Positions 38,496 to 48,446 of a DNA stretch of 64,000 bases are shown here, in pieces (the first letter of the stretch is position 1; the number at the start of each line of letters is the position of its first letter). This stretch comes from Pseudomonadota bacterium (lineage in GTDB: Bacteria > Bdellovibrionota > Bdellovibrionia > Bdellovibrionales > Bdellovibrionaceae): NCBI GenBank assembly GCA_041178425.1, contig JBEGVH010000030.1, positions 160,001-224,000 of the forward strand, written 5' to 3'. Below the pieces are notes generated by a model. That model had not been told where the DNA came from. It saw only the letters and a list, made by a program, of their open reading frames with translations, and ran no database searches. Both the position numbers and the translations under genes were made by a program.

Positions 38496-39500
38496 ATGTA
38501 CATCGTTACCGGAGCCAATGGTTTTATAGGCAGCGCCATGGTATGGGAGCTCAATCAAAAAGGCATTAACGACATCGTGTGTGTTGATACCGTGCCACTA
38601 TCAGAACGCTCTGAGCCCCTGGCTGGTAGCCAATTTACTGACTTTGTTTTGACTCCGGATCTCTGGAGCTATCTCAACGAAATGGCCCAACCACAAAAAA
38701 CCGTGAAGGCCGTGATTCACATGGGTGCCTGTTCTTCGACAACCGAGATGAATACGCAGTTTCTCTATGAGAATAATACCTACTACACTCAGCGTCTGTT
38801 TGAATGGTGTCGCGAACACAAGATAGTTTTTATTTATGCCAGCAGCGCCGCCACCTATGGCGCTGGGGAGCATGGTTTTTCGGATACCACCGACCCCGAA
38901 ATTTTAAAACCACTGAACCCCTATGGTTTTTCAAAAGTTGCTTTTGATCGCTGGGTACTAAAGAATGGCCAGAACTCAACGCCGTGGTATGGATTAAAAT
39001 TTTTCAACGTTTTTGGCCCCAACGAATACCACAAAGGACCGATGTCGAGCCTTGTTTACAAGGCCTTTCATCAAGTTCTTGAAACGGGCGAGCTCGGACT
39101 TTTTAAAAGCTACGACCCCAATTACGAAGACGGAAAACAATTAAGAGACTTTGTTTATATTAAAGATGTCACTCGATGGATGTGGGAGCTTTTAGAGAAA
39201 AGGCCTGCGTCGGGAATTTATAACATGGGTTTTGGAAAAGCGCGAAGTTGGCTTGATTTAGCCAACGGAGTTTTTTCATCCCTCAATAAAGCACTAAAAA
39301 TTAAATGGCTCGAAATGCCCGATAACATAAAGGGCCAATATCAATATTTTACTGAAGCCGATATGAAAACATGGAAATCCATTGGCATGAGTGAACCGCA
39401 ATGGAGTTTAGAGGCAGGGGTAAAGGATTACATTCAAAGTTACCTCCTTTCGCGAACCAATCTTTCGAAGGCCCCTGTGAAAAAGGAAAATAATGAGTAA
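38496..39500 (+). CDS. gmhD: ADP-L-glycero-D-manno-heptose 6-epimerase
   Basis: IVTGANGFIGS, HMGACSSTTE, YASSAATYG, PLNPYGFSK, FFNVFGPNEYHKG, YQYFTEAD. Confidence 0.96.
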   Translation: MYIVTGANGFIGSAMVWELNQKGINDIVCVDTVPLSERSEPLAGSQFTDFVLTPDLWSYLNEMAQPQKTVKAVIHMGACSSTTEMNTQFLYENNTYYTQRLFEWCREHKIVFIYASSAATYGAGEHGFSDTTDPEILKPLNPYGFSKVAFDRWVLKNGQNSTPWYGLKFFNVFGPNEYHKGPMSSLVYKAFHQVLETGELGLFKSYDPNYEDGKQLRDFVYIKDVTRWMWELLEKRPASGIYNMGFGKARSWLDLANGVFSSLNKALKIKWLEMPDNIKGQYQYFTEADMKTWKSIGMSEPQWSLEAGVKDYIQSYLLSRTNLSKAPVKKENNE

Positions 39501-40368
39501 GCTGAAGCTGAAAAATGAAATTCATTTTGAAATTCATTATGAAATTCATGTTGTCCTCGTGAAATCGATTTATACATCAAACGTAGGTTCGGTTTCGAGA
39601 GCCATGAGCAATATGGGTGCTCATCAACTTCATTTGGTTCAACCTCAGTGTGTGATTGATTATGATGCACAGCAAATGGCTGCCAATGGGCAAGAGGGTC
39701 TCTCGAACCGTAAAGAGTATTCTACTTGGGACGACTTTTTTGCCCTAAACCCCGATGGAATTCGCGTGGCACTAACGGCGCGAGATGGTCGCGCGCGACA
39801 ACTTTACGACCTCAAGTCGGGCTTACAATTTATTGCAGGCCTGCCCGAAACTAAGCGATCGCCAGCAAATAAACTCTATTTAATATTTGGCCCCGAAGAT
39901 TGTGGGCTCTCTGGCGAAGAAATTGATTTAGCTCACTTTGCCTGTTCTCTCCCAACCTTTGGTGCAAATTGGAGTCTGAATCTTGCTCAAGCTGTCTTAT
40001 TGGCTCTATTCATCACTCGCGACACATGGGGTGGCACACGTACGACTCTCGAGGGTCAGTTCCTCCCTCGAGAGATTCGCCAAAAAGAGGATCTAAAAAC
40101 AAGCAATCAGCTTCCCGAAAAAGTCATTAGAGACTGGATTGAGACTCTGGGATTTGACCTTTCTAAACGACGAATGAATGCTTATACAGTTCTTCGCCGC
40201 GTTCTTTTGCACAATGTTCCCAGCACCAAAGAGCTACGCATACTCGAAGTGGTTCTTCAGCAAACTCTTCGTAAATTAAAAGAGCACAGAATCCTCACTG
40301 GCGGTAAACCATTTAAGGCTCCTGCCGAGAATAAAACAGATAATTACAGTTCATCACGCCAAGAATAA
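39493..40368 (+). CDS. TrmJ/TrmH-family tRNA methyltransferase
   Basis: NVGSVSRAMSNMG, IFGPEDCGLS, SLNLAQAV. Confidence 0.88.
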   Translation: MSKLKLKNEIHFEIHYEIHVVLVKSIYTSNVGSVSRAMSNMGAHQLHLVQPQCVIDYDAQQMAANGQEGLSNRKEYSTWDDFFALNPDGIRVALTARDGRARQLYDLKSGLQFIAGLPETKRSPANKLYLIFGPEDCGLSGEEIDLAHFACSLPTFGANWSLNLAQAVLLALFITRDTWGGTRTTLEGQFLPREIRQKEDLKTSNQLPEKVIRDWIETLGFDLSKRRMNAYTVLRRVLLHNVPSTKELRILEVVLQQTLRKLKEHRILTGGKPFKAPAENKTDNYSSSRQE

Positions 40369-40398
40369 ACAACTCCACTCGCCACAAAACAAAAACGA

Positions 40399-40543
40399 GC
40401 GATCCCTTCGACCGCTGGGCTCCCCCAGGGTCTTCGGAATTCGAGTTCGGAGCGCAGCCGGGGGAACTTGTTCCAGCGGCGAGCACCGCTTGTTCGCTGA
40501 ATTACGGAGACCCTGGGGGAGCCCAGCGGTCGAAGGAATTCGC
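40399..40543. repeat. GC-rich long inverted-repeat element (MITE/REP-like or structured RNA)
   Basis: 29-bp perfect arms at 40405-40433 and 40508-40536, extendable with mismatches; lies between convergent genes. Confidence 0.9.
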
Positions 40544-40546
40544 GCC

Positions 40547-40852
40547 TTACTTATTTTCCACTGCTGGAATCTCAGCGATAAGATCACTGATGGGTTCGTT
40601 CTGACAGGCTAAACGCTCATTGAGAGAAAAACCTCGATCAGAGATAATTTCTTGTTCGATCTCATTGGGTGGCGAAAGCTTTTCGAGGCCTTGATGAATA
40701 ATGACTCGACAGGTTCCACAAGTGCCCATTCCACCGCAGCTATGGTGGATCGGGAGGCGCGCCCTGAGCGCCGCATCTAGCAAGGTGTCGCCGGGCTTTA
40801 CCTTCGCCTCAACTTCTTGCTCATTTATGATGAATTTCTGTTTCTTTACCAT
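40547..40852 (-). CDS. 2Fe-2S ferredoxin
   Basis: CGGMGTCGTC...RLAC. Confidence 0.93.
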   Translation of the reverse strand: MVKKQKFIINEQEVEAKVKPGDTLLDAALRARLPIHHSCGGMGTCGTCRVIIHQGLEKLSPPNEIEQEIISDRGFSLNERLACQNEPISDLIAEIPAVENK

Positions 40853-41015
40853 ACCTTAGAGTATTCTAGAGTCTCTTTGAGCAGAGTGCAAAAGGTCTTC
40901 GCTCTGATCGCCAAATATCGGGGCTCCGAAACCCTTGTCATCAGCTCTTGAGTTGAGTATCAAAGGAAGATCATTTTACAGACCATGCCTTGTGTTGAGG
41001 CCCAAAGGAGTCCCT

Positions 41016-41636
41016 ATGCGCTTTATCGCTTTTGACGTCGAAACGACTGGAACCGTTCCTGGAGTGGATACGATCATTGAAATTGGAGCGGTAAGATTCA
41101 TTGATGGCATGGTCGATGCTGTTTTCTCAACCTTAATTGATCCACTAAGACCCATCCCGCCAGGAGCAAGCCAAGTGAATGGAATCTCTGATGAGATGGT
41201 TCGAGGAAAACCTCTTATTCAAGATCTGCTAGATCCTTTGGCGGATTTTTGTGGGGATGACATCATGGTGGCCCACAATGCCCCCTTCGATGCCCAATTT
41301 CTAACGGCCTCTATTAAAAAGTTTGAATCCAAGGCCCCGCAAGGTTTGGTTTTAGATACACTCGCTATTTCTCGAAAAATTATTCCTGGGCTACCTAACT
41401 ATAAGCTAGGGACTCTCGTGCAGCATCTCAATATACCGACGACCGATTTTCACCGAGCAGAAGAAGATGCCACCTATTGCGGGCACTTATTTATAAATTT
41501 GGTTCGCAGAATGTCTGGTAACACCAATCAAATGCCCTTGGCCAACTTAGTTACTCTTACGGGTAAGACCGAAATTCGATTTCCACAGATCGAAAAGCAA
41601 CCCAAGCAGCTCGATCTGTTTTCGCTATTTGAATAA
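41016..41636 (+). CDS. DEDDh 3'-5' exonuclease (DnaQ-like)
   Basis: FDVETTG, VAHNAPFD, HRAEEDA; AGGAG SD; C-terminal QLDLF clamp-binding-like motif. Confidence 0.92.
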   Translation: MRFIAFDVETTGTVPGVDTIIEIGAVRFIDGMVDAVFSTLIDPLRPIPPGASQVNGISDEMVRGKPLIQDLLDPLADFCGDDIMVAHNAPFDAQFLTASIKKFESKAPQGLVLDTLAISRKIIPGLPNYKLGTLVQHLNIPTTDFHRAEEDATYCGHLFINLVRRMSGNTNQMPLANLVTLTGKTEIRFPQIEKQPKQLDLFSLFE

Positions 41637-41639
41637 TGA

Positions 41640-42032
41640 CTAAATATTGAGAGACTCTTCGGTGCTAACTTCGATGGGACGTCTTCCTGAGTAACCATCG
41701 TTGTATCCGTGCCAGAACTTGATATCGAGTTCTGGATATTTCCAACAAAAATAGCCCTGCCCCATATCAAAATCGACGAGCCACATACCCTTGGGTGCGA
41801 GTCCTAGCTTTAGAACTTTAGATTCCCATCGTTCTAAAAGTGCTTGCGCAGACTCTTCAAGCTGTTGTGCTTTTTGCAGGTCTTCGAGCTGTTGAGCCGC
41901 AGAGATTTGCCCCTTGAGTGTTTGCATCTCTTCATCAATTTCGGATGTGATTTTATAGACCAAGGGTAAAATTTCCCTCGCCGTTTCCACCGAATAGATG
42001 CCCCGCCGATTTAGCTCGAAGACCGTCCCCAT
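41640..42032 (-). CDS. DUF2203 family protein
   Basis: KG.WLVDF...YFCWKYPE..IKFWHG...GYSGRRPI. Confidence 0.85.
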   Translation of the reverse strand: MGTVFELNRRGIYSVETAREILPLVYKITSEIDEEMQTLKGQISAAQQLEDLQKAQQLEESAQALLERWESKVLKLGLAPKGMWLVDFDMGQGYFCWKYPELDIKFWHGYNDGYSGRRPIEVSTEESLNI

Positions 42033-42184
42033 TTTAACCCCTTGAAGCGTCACCACTAACTTTTTTTTAAAGAGGGCTGTTGGGTAACATAAGGAATTGG
42101 GCGTCGCTATTTAAATTTTGTCTGTTCCAAAAATTGCCTAATGTACTGTAGAAAATTTAGGTTGAACGACGAACTGCTCATAAA

Positions 42185-43207
42185 TTAAGTAGCGCTGCTG
42201 TTTTTACGAATTTGTGATAACTGGAAGAACACAAAAATCACAATTGCGAGCACCATTAGAATGATCAGACCCATGCGCACCATTTTAGATAAATCCCACT
42301 CCTCTTTTTTATCTTCAGCCAGCTTCTTTTCTCTCGGAGGACCCAGTTCAATTTTTCGGTTCTTTTTGATAGCTTCAAATCCTCCGCTGGCTACCGCACG
42401 AGTGACAGACTTTTCCTTTTCTTTATTGTTTTGATTGCTTTGAACATACTCATTTAAGAGCTCACCTTCGATCGCCTTATAGATGGGCTTACGCTGCCTA
42501 ATTCGCCGTGGCTGGTAGGAGTCTACCCCTCCACCCGAGGCACCTCCTTCAATAATTATTTGACCCGATCGATCACCCAACTCCACCCCAGTGGGTCGAT
42601 CCGATAATTTAAGAATTTGCCCGTTAGAGCCAACCACCGTTGTTCCACCGCGACTTCCTGGCTTACCGGCAGCGGCATTGTTACTGGCATCTTTTTTATC
42701 CTCTTTGGAGTCTGCCGACTCAGAACTTTGTGAGTCTTTTTGAGCGCCGGACTGATCCTCAGTGCCCCCATTTTTTGAGTCTTTCCCTTTTTTATCTTTC
42801 CCGTTCCTTTGATTGTTGTTGGCCTGGGAACCACCACCGTTCTTTCCGCCACTACCGCCGCCGCCACTACCACCGCCGCCGCCGGAGGAGCCGGTGCCAC
42901 CTTTCATCGAAGCTTCGCAGCCCTGCTCTCCAACAACTTCTGCCGGAAGCTGACCATATTCAAGAGCGCAGGCGATAGTATTGGTAAAAACGGCCGAGCC
43001 ATAGTCTCTCAGGGGTTGAATAAAGTTACGAGCCAGCCCATAGGCCAAAGACAAAATCACCACAATCAATAAAACGTATTCAACAATGGTCTGGCCTTTT
43101 TGATTTCGAGTGGGTTGAAGAAAAGATCCTGGGCCAAGAAATGAGCCATGAAAACTTAAAGTTTTCCTAAGAGCTTTAAAATATGCTGTAATTAGAGGTG
43201 GGAACAT
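42185..43207 (-). CDS. Flp/TadE-type pilin with long low-complexity linker and C-terminal TM helix
   Basis: NQKG|QTIVEYVLLIVVIL; Cys pair; G/S-rich linker; MGLIILMVLAIVIFVFF near the C-terminus. Confidence 0.8.
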   Translation of the reverse strand: MFPPLITAYFKALRKTLSFHGSFLGPGSFLQPTRNQKGQTIVEYVLLIVVILSLAYGLARNFIQPLRDYGSAVFTNTIACALEYGQLPAEVVGEQGCEASMKGGTGSSGGGGGSGGGGSGGKNGGGSQANNNQRNGKDKKGKDSKNGGTEDQSGAQKDSQSSESADSKEDKKDASNNAAAGKPGSRGGTTVVGSNGQILKLSDRPTGVELGDRSGQIIIEGGASGGGVDSYQPRRIRQRKPIYKAIEGELLNEYVQSNQNNKEKEKSVTRAVASGGFEAIKKNRKIELGPPREKKLAEDKKEEWDLSKMVRMGLIILMVLAIVIFVFFQLSQIRKNSSAT

Positions 43208-43301
43208 TTCTTTTAGTTTAACACATTGAAGGATTTTGGTGGGGACTTCTTTAAATAGCTCTTATTTATTTCGACACGCTTTGACGATGGCCGTCGACGC
43301 T

Positions 43302-44444
43302 ATGAAAACCTTTTTTACAATTTTAATCACTTTTACATTTTTGTATGCACCAACAGCCTTTGCCGAAGATATCGAAGCGCTCAAAAAACAACTCGACGCA
43401 TCTCCCGAGAGTCTCAAAACGAGACAGTCTTTAGCGAAGGCTTACCTTGAGAGCGAAAAGCCAGAATTGGCGATAGAGGTTTTAAAACCCAAGCTTGAAA
43501 ACCTCAACGCTGAAGGACTTCTCCTTTTAGCAAAATCATTTGAAAATACCAAGGATGCTCTCAACGAGCAAAAAACATTAGAACAACTCACAGTCAATTT
43601 TCCCCAATTTGTAGCCGGTTTCGTAGCCTTTGGAGATTTCTACTTTCGCAGTTCACAGGCAAAGAGTGATCCTAAATTAATATTGAATAGTGCCTCCAAC
43701 TTTCGATCAGCGATTGAATTAAACGCTGGGTATCGGCCTGCGTATGATGGGCTGATGAAAGTTTATGAGTTCTCTAAGAACTGGTATGAAGTGCGAGTCC
43801 TTTTAGGAGATATGGTTCTTCGATTTGGCAAACGTCCGGACCTCTTGGGCAAACTTTGCCAAAGAAACACTCTCGATGGTTTTTTCGTGAGCGCCAGAAA
43901 GTTTTGTCTCGAAGCCATCGGTGTCGATGGTAAAAATCCCGACAACTATGTCTACCTCTCTTTGGTAGAGAATAATGAAGGCAACATAAAGAAAGCCGAA
44001 TCGATATTAAAAATGGTCACGACAAAGTTCCCCAAATCCGAATTTGCCTTATCTAATTATGGTGATTTTCTTATTCAGCAAAAAAATCTTCCGAGCGCGC
44101 AAAAATCTTATCAAGCCGCAGTCCAAGCAGAGCCCAAAGGGTTCCGGGCTCAGATTGGACTCGCCAAAACAAGTTTTGAATTAAAAAAATATGAGCTCGC
44201 TCTGGAAGCCTATAAAGAGGCATGCTCGCTGAGGCCCCATACGAGCTATCGGTTGGTTAAAAGAGCTTCCGACTGGCTTAGGCACCGCAAAGAGGTCGAT
44301 CTACAAGCAAAATATTCCAGCCTTTTAGACAAGTGCATGGGAACTGGCGAGGACACGCGTTCTCCCGCAAACTCTAAAGACGATTATAGAAGCCCCTTTG
44401 CCACTCACTCAAAGAATAAAATTCCTGAAGCTACTGGGTTTTAA
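43302..44444 (+). CDS. Exported TPR-repeat protein
   Basis: Signal peptide MKTFF...TAFA|E; repeated TPR-like helices. Confidence 0.82.
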   Translation: MKTFFTILITFTFLYAPTAFAEDIEALKKQLDASPESLKTRQSLAKAYLESEKPELAIEVLKPKLENLNAEGLLLLAKSFENTKDALNEQKTLEQLTVNFPQFVAGFVAFGDFYFRSSQAKSDPKLILNSASNFRSAIELNAGYRPAYDGLMKVYEFSKNWYEVRVLLGDMVLRFGKRPDLLGKLCQRNTLDGFFVSARKFCLEAIGVDGKNPDNYVYLSLVENNEGNIKKAESILKMVTTKFPKSEFALSNYGDFLIQQKNLPSAQKSYQAAVQAEPKGFRAQIGLAKTSFELKKYELALEAYKEACSLRPHTSYRLVKRASDWLRHRKEVDLQAKYSSLLDKCMGTGEDTRSPANSKDDYRSPFATHSKNKIPEATGF

Positions 44445-45522
44445 GCTCTGTCCACAAGCGATCATAAAGCGCCGTTGCAGCTCCCAAATCTTGAAGCATT
44501 TCCATTTTTTGAAATATCTTCTCGTTAGGAAAAAGAATTGGGTCGTTTTGTAAGTCGAGTGGCAACGAAGCCTTGGTTTCTGACACAACAGATCCAGCAA
44601 ACATTTTCTGAACGAAGCGGCGATTGTTTTCTACAGATATTAGGTAGTTAATCAAGCGATGTGCGCCTTCTTTGTTTTGCGCTGTTTTAGGAATCACAAG
44701 ATTGTCGATAGAAAAAGTTCCACCCTCTTCTGGAATCACAAATTCAATTTGCCCCTTGGTTTTTGCTTTTGCTTGTAGGGCATCCGGCGAATACATCTGA
44801 GTGGCCCAAACTTCTCCCCCCAATAACGACTCCATTGGATCTGACAAATAGGCTTTCACCTGAGCCTTATTCTTGGCAAGATAGGCCACCGCTTCTCGGA
44901 GAACTTTTTCATCGGTGGTGTTGAGGGGTTTGCCCATGACCTTTAATGCCATTCCGAAAACTTCGCGATTATCATCGAGCAGGCCGATTTGACCTTTAAG
45001 TTTTGGCGTTTCCAGGAGTTCTTTCCAGCTTTTAACTCCTTCTGGAAAATATTTTTTATTATATGCGATCCCGGTGAGAGCCCAACCATAAGGAAGAGAA
45101 TACTCATTTTTTGGGTCGAAATCTTTTGCCAAAAACTGGCTCATGATTTTCGTTTTATTGGGAATCAAAGCTCCATTTAAGGCTTCGAGCAATCCAAGAT
45201 TTTTCATCGTCATGACCATGTAGTCGGAGGGGACCACAACGTCATATCCACTAGCGCCAGCTTGGAGCTTTGCGAGCAGTTCTTCATTCGAAGCAAAGTG
45301 ACTGACATTCACCTTAATGTTGCTTTCTTTTTCAAACTCCTTTATGGACTCTCCACTGACGTAATTTGACCAGATAAAAAGATTGAGTGTCTTTTTTTCA
45401 CGTGCGCCCCCTACCGATGGATCTTGCTTAGGAGTGCATGATATGGAGAAGGTTACGAATACGAGTGGCAGTAGGGAACTGAGCAGAAACCGTTTACATG
45501 AATGGAAAAACTGACCTGACAT
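44431..45522 (-). CDS. potD: Spermidine/putrescine ABC transporter substrate-binding lipoprotein
   Basis: LNLFIWSNYV, SNEELLAKL, YDVVVPSDY, PYGW..TGIAYN, IPEEG...IDNLVIP. Confidence 0.92.
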   Translation of the reverse strand: MSGQFFHSCKRFLLSSLLPLVFVTFSISCTPKQDPSVGGAREKKTLNLFIWSNYVSGESIKEFEKESNIKVNVSHFASNEELLAKLQAGASGYDVVVPSDYMVMTMKNLGLLEALNGALIPNKTKIMSQFLAKDFDPKNEYSLPYGWALTGIAYNKKYFPEGVKSWKELLETPKLKGQIGLLDDNREVFGMALKVMGKPLNTTDEKVLREAVAYLAKNKAQVKAYLSDPMESLLGGEVWATQMYSPDALQAKAKTKGQIEFVIPEEGGTFSIDNLVIPKTAQNKEGAHRLINYLISVENNRRFVQKMFAGSVVSETKASLPLDLQNDPILFPNEKIFQKMEMLQDLGAATALYDRLWTELKTQ

Positions 45523-45570
45523 GGGAGCTCCTTACCTTTCTTTTAATTTTTTGGGTTTTGAGGTTTTGGA

Positions 45571-46662
45571 ATGCTTGAAATTCGCCAATTGATCAAGAAG
45601 TTTGGTAACCTTCCAGCGGTTGACGAAGTGAATCTAACGATCAATTCAGGTGAACTATTCGTGCTCCTTGGCCCCAGTGGCTGTGGAAAAACAACTCTCT
45701 TGCGACTCATAGGTGGCCTAGAAAGCCCCGATGCAGGCGAAATTTGGCTCACAAGTGGCCAACAAAAACCTCAGCGAATCGACAATAAACCTCCTCATGC
45801 CAGAAGCATACATACGGTTTTTCAAAACTATGCCCTTTTTCCGCACTTAAGCGTCTACGACAATGTGGCTTTTGGACCTCAGGTTCAAAAGGTGGCCTCT
45901 TCAGAAATCAAGCGAAGGGTCGACGAAGCACTTCAACTGGTTCGTATGGAATCATTTGCTGAAGCCTTTCCTCAAAGATTGTCTGGAGGACAAAAACAAC
46001 GGGTCGCTTTGGCTCGGGCCCTGGTTAATCGGCCTCAAATTTTACTTCTCGACGAACCTTTATCTGCGCTCGATCAAAAACTTCGCTGGGAAATGCAGTC
46101 AGAACTCGTTTCACTACAGCGTCAACTGGGGTTGACTTTTATTTTTGTGACTCATGACCAAGAAGAAGCCATGGGAATGTCTGATCGCATTTGCGTGATG
46201 AACAATGGCAAGATTCAACAAATGGGTCAGGGCTGGGAACTCTACAGCCAACCAAAGAATCGCTTTGTTGCAGAATTTTTTGGTGCTTCTAATTCATTGT
46301 CCGTCAATGTCCTCTCTCAGCAAAATGGTCGTTACCGATTGGCCCTTAACGATCAAACCACCCTTGAGGTCACGCCTGAGCTCAAAGACGGCGACAACCC
46401 AAAGCGTCTTGTTGTTCGCCCGGAGCAATTGAAAATTGTGAATCCCACTCTCGCAACCGAACACCATTTGCGTGTACAAGTTAAAAAAATTCTTTTTAAG
46501 GGACCCATCACGGAGTTTCTCTGCGATCTTCAAGACCAAAAGGGAAAAAAGACTCTCTCGATCACTCAACCCTCCCACGAACCCATTTGTTTTAACGAAA
46601 CAGATTGGGTTAGCGTCGAAGTTGGAAGTAAGACATGGCTCTTCTCAGACGATACAGTTTAA
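45571..46662 (+). CDS. potA: Polyamine ABC transporter ATPase
   Basis: GPSGCGKTT, TVFQNYALFPHL, LSGGQKQRVALARAL, VTHDQEEA. Confidence 0.92.
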   Translation: MLEIRQLIKKFGNLPAVDEVNLTINSGELFVLLGPSGCGKTTLLRLIGGLESPDAGEIWLTSGQQKPQRIDNKPPHARSIHTVFQNYALFPHLSVYDNVAFGPQVQKVASSEIKRRVDEALQLVRMESFAEAFPQRLSGGQKQRVALARALVNRPQILLLDEPLSALDQKLRWEMQSELVSLQRQLGLTFIFVTHDQEEAMGMSDRICVMNNGKIQQMGQGWELYSQPKNRFVAEFFGASNSLSVNVLSQQNGRYRLALNDQTTLEVTPELKDGDNPKRLVVRPEQLKIVNPTLATEHHLRVQVKKILFKGPITEFLCDLQDQKGKKTLSITQPSHEPICFNETDWVSVEVGSKTWLFSDDTV

Positions 46663-47483
46663 TAAAAAATAACATCCCCCTAGCGATTCCGGGCTCCTGG
46701 CTGCTCGCCTTTTTTGTGGCTCCATTGAGTGTTCTGCTTATTTATAGCTTCTTAAGTAAAGGCACCTACGGAGGGGTTGAGTGGATTCCGACAATCAGTA
46801 ATTATACTCGCCTGTTCGATTCTCTTTACGTAAAAGTTTTTTTTAACAGTATCGTCTTGGCGGCGGTCACTACAGGGCTTTGCTTGTTTTTAGGTGTCCC
46901 CCTTGCCTTTTGGATGATCCAAGTAAGACCCAAACTGAGAATGATTCTTCTATTTCTCGTTGTTTTGCCCTTTCTCAGTAATTTTCTGGTGAGAACCTAC
47001 GCGATCAAAGGGCTTTTGGGTAATGAGGGCTGGCTTCTTGAATTGCTCCATTGGATTAAACTTGTTCCTGAAGATGTTTCTTTAGGCCAAGGTCTTTCGG
47101 CTGTGGCTATTGGGCTCATTACTAATTATTTGCCCTTGATGACATTGCCGCTTTTTATTGGATTCGAAAAGTTTGATTTCTCAATCCTAGAAGCTGCAAA
47201 AGATCTTGGTGCGGGGCCTTTTCAATCTTTCTTCACCGTGTTTCTTCCTAATGTTAAAGGAAGTCTTTATTCTGCCAGCTTTATGGTGTTTGTTCCCGCA
47301 CTGGGTGAGTTTTTAATTCCCGATTTGCTTGGGGGAGCGCAAGTTCAAACCGTAGGTAAAGTGGTGGCAGAACAGTTTTTAAAAACGAGAGATTGGCCCT
47401 TTGGTGCAGCTCTCACCTTTTCATTGATGCTTCTGTTGTTTCTTTCCCTTTTTCGTCGACAAGATTCAGGGGTACCCTCATGA
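46635..47483 (+). CDS. potB: Polyamine ABC transporter permease
   Basis: LPFLSNFLVRTYA, EAAKDLGA, RDWPFGAA. Confidence 0.9.
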   Translation: MALLRRYSLIKNNIPLAIPGSWLLAFFVAPLSVLLIYSFLSKGTYGGVEWIPTISNYTRLFDSLYVKVFFNSIVLAAVTTGLCLFLGVPLAFWMIQVRPKLRMILLFLVVLPFLSNFLVRTYAIKGLLGNEGWLLELLHWIKLVPEDVSLGQGLSAVAIGLITNYLPLMTLPLFIGFEKFDFSILEAAKDLGAGPFQSFFTVFLPNVKGSLYSASFMVFVPALGEFLIPDLLGGAQVQTVGKVVAEQFLKTRDWPFGAALTFSLMLLLFLSLFRRQDSGVPS

Positions 47484-48277
47484 CTCTTGGTTATCTTGAT
47501 CGCGTCTTTCGTTTTTTTAGCGCCTTGGCTTTTGGGTTGATCTACATTCCCATCATAAGTTTAGTCTCATCAGCCTTTTTTATTCCCAGCAGTGATGACT
47601 ACTCACAAAAAACGTTCTCTCTCGAGGGCTTTACCTCGGCACTTAGTCATCACGAACTCCAATCGGCCCTTCTCAATAGTGTGCAATTGGCGGCAATGAC
47701 GGCCGTCTTCACCACGCTCTTGGCGTTTGTACTTGCCTATGGCCTACAGGGAAAATCAGAACGATTCGTTGAAATCTGTCAGCAAATTTTTTCATTGCCT
47801 CTTATGATTCCCGAAATCATCATAGGCCTTTCACTTCTCATTTGGTTTGTGCTCGTTAACATCACCCTGGGGCCTATCAGTCTTCTTATTTCTCATGTGA
47901 GCTTTACACTTCCCTATGCCGTTTTACTTCTTACTTTGGGTCTTCAACAAATCGAAACAAGCTTATTTGAAGCTGGCAAAGATCTTGGTGCCAGCAAAAG
48001 AGTGATTTTTCAAAAAATCACTCTTCCTCTGTTAAAACCCAGCTTAGTTGCCGTATTTCTCCTTTGCTTTGTGATTTCTTTTGATGATTTTTTAATTTCT
48101 TATTTTACTAATGGCCCCGGAAACGAAACTCTACCCGTAAAACTTTATTCGTTAATGCGATTTGGAATGAGTCCCGAGCTTAAAGCCATTTCAACTATTA
48201 TTCTAGCGATCAGCCTGGTGGTAACACTTCTGTTATTTAATCTATTGCCCCAAAAAGTGTCCAAAAAAGAAGTTTAA
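47480..48277 (+). CDS. potC: Polyamine ABC transporter permease
   Basis: PEIIIGLSLL, EAGKDLGA, SFDDFLISYF, TLPVKLYS. Confidence 0.9.
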   Translation: MTLGYLDRVFRFFSALAFGLIYIPIISLVSSAFFIPSSDDYSQKTFSLEGFTSALSHHELQSALLNSVQLAAMTAVFTTLLAFVLAYGLQGKSERFVEICQQIFSLPLMIPEIIIGLSLLIWFVLVNITLGPISLLISHVSFTLPYAVLLLTLGLQQIETSLFEAGKDLGASKRVIFQKITLPLLKPSLVAVFLLCFVISFDDFLISYFTNGPGNETLPVKLYSLMRFGMSPELKAISTIILAISLVVTLLLFNLLPQKVSKKEV

Positions 48278-48446
48278 CCAACGACGACCCTCAACAATCG
48301 TTACAAAATCTCATTGAATTAAACACCCTCTGTTTAAGCTGTGCATAATTTGAGGCAATTTGACTTGAGCTTTTTGGTTTGTTTGAGTCCAAGAGATCTC
48401 CCCTGTAAATAAAAACCCGGAGAGTTCTCTGCCAAAAGGGGGTTTT

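Noticed and set aside
40354..40587. 77-aa ORF across the inverted-repeat element
   Set aside because: No SD or recognisable motif; it overlaps both flanking genes and is explained by stop-poor GC-rich DNA.
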